Assembly (NCBI RefSeq): GCF_002113885.1
Contig: NW_018408902.1
Span: forward strand, 1,078,550 to 1,142,549
DNA: 64,000 nucleotides
Origin: Mizuhopecten yessoensis
Lineage: Eukaryota
Direction: 5' to 3'
Both the position numbers and the translations under genes were made by a program. Positions 63,265-64,000 of the stretch are shown here, one piece after another. The first letter of the stretch is position 1. Each line of letters opens with the position of its first letter. The notes beneath the pieces were generated by a model. The model saw nothing but the letters and a program-made list of their open reading frames with translations. It was not told the DNA's origin and did no database searches.

Positions 63265-63656
63265 CACATGTATGTGTGATGGTGTGCATGTATGTGTGAC
63301 GGTGTACATGTATGTGTGACGGTGTGCATGTATGTGTGATGGTGTGCGTGTATGTGTGACGGTGTACATGTGTGTGTGACGGTGTGCATGTATGCGTGAC
63401 GGTGTGCATGTATGTGTGATGGTGTGCATGTATGTGTGACGGTGTACATGTATGTGTGACGGTGCACATGTATGTGTGACGGTGTACATGTATGTGTGAC
63501 GGTGTGCATGTATGTGTGACGGTATGCATGTATGTGTGATGGTGTGAATGTATGTGTGACGGTGTGCATGTATGTGTGACAGTGTGCATGTATGTGTGAC
63601 GGTGTGCATGTATGTGTGACGGTGCACATGTCTGTGTGACGGTGTGCATGTATGTG
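63265..63656. repeat. 20-bp minisatellite, ~19 copies
   Basis: TATGTGTGACGGTGTGCATG in exact 20-bp register. Confidence 0.97.
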
Positions 63657-64000
63657 CTGGCGGTTGTATATGTGTTCTGCTTGTTTTGGGTCTATATTTC
63701 CAAATGCTCTTTTATAGTGTCTTGCCAATTGATTAATGATTACTGAAGCACAGTAACTGTAATGCCCAACCAGGATCAGTTTATGTTCCACTCTAGGCAG
63801 GTGAAGTTGAGCAACAAACACAACCAATTCTTGCCAGCTGCGTGATCCAAACCTATTATAACTGTGCTATGTACATGTAGCCCCCTTAAATATAGATTGT
63901 GATGCTTAAGGATTTCAAAAAGAAATAAAACATAAAAGTTACATTCTAGGTACAGGTATAAAGTGTATTCTGTAAAAGCATACAGTATATACATATGGAC

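Overview
AT-rich, intron-containing animal genomic DNA; the repeat repertoire (HINE/Helentron-type elements, V-type SINE, tRNA-LTR TRIMs, Crypton and HERO remnants) suggests a bivalve mollusc, possibly a scallop (inference). Five protein-coding genes were reconstructed by hand from splice sites and reading frames: two convergent gamma-glutamylcyclotransferase paralogues (GGCT-1, + strand, 2753-4904; a diverged GGCT-2, - strand, 15056-9192, with a decayed duplicate of its first exon in intron 1), HSBP1 (+, 22892-28800, with an AT-AC minor-spliceosome intron), a 19-exon GPATCH1 (-, 48556-30697) and an intronless SOCS6 ORF (+, 48879-50162) head-to-head with GPATCH1. The rest is repeat-rich: two tRNA-LTR TRIMs with 4-bp TSDs, three copies of a foldback MITE with 7-bp TSDs, a HERO-type LINE carrying a nested Crypton-like fragment, an RT-bearing LINE fragment, SINEs, HINEs, several minisatellites, a 78-bp array that multiplies a GPATCH1 splice donor, and a 9.4-kb 19-bp satellite with a 352-bp higher-order repeat. 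I found no clearly new multi-gene system; the most unusual signals are transposon architectures, splicing features and the diverged GGCT paralogue.
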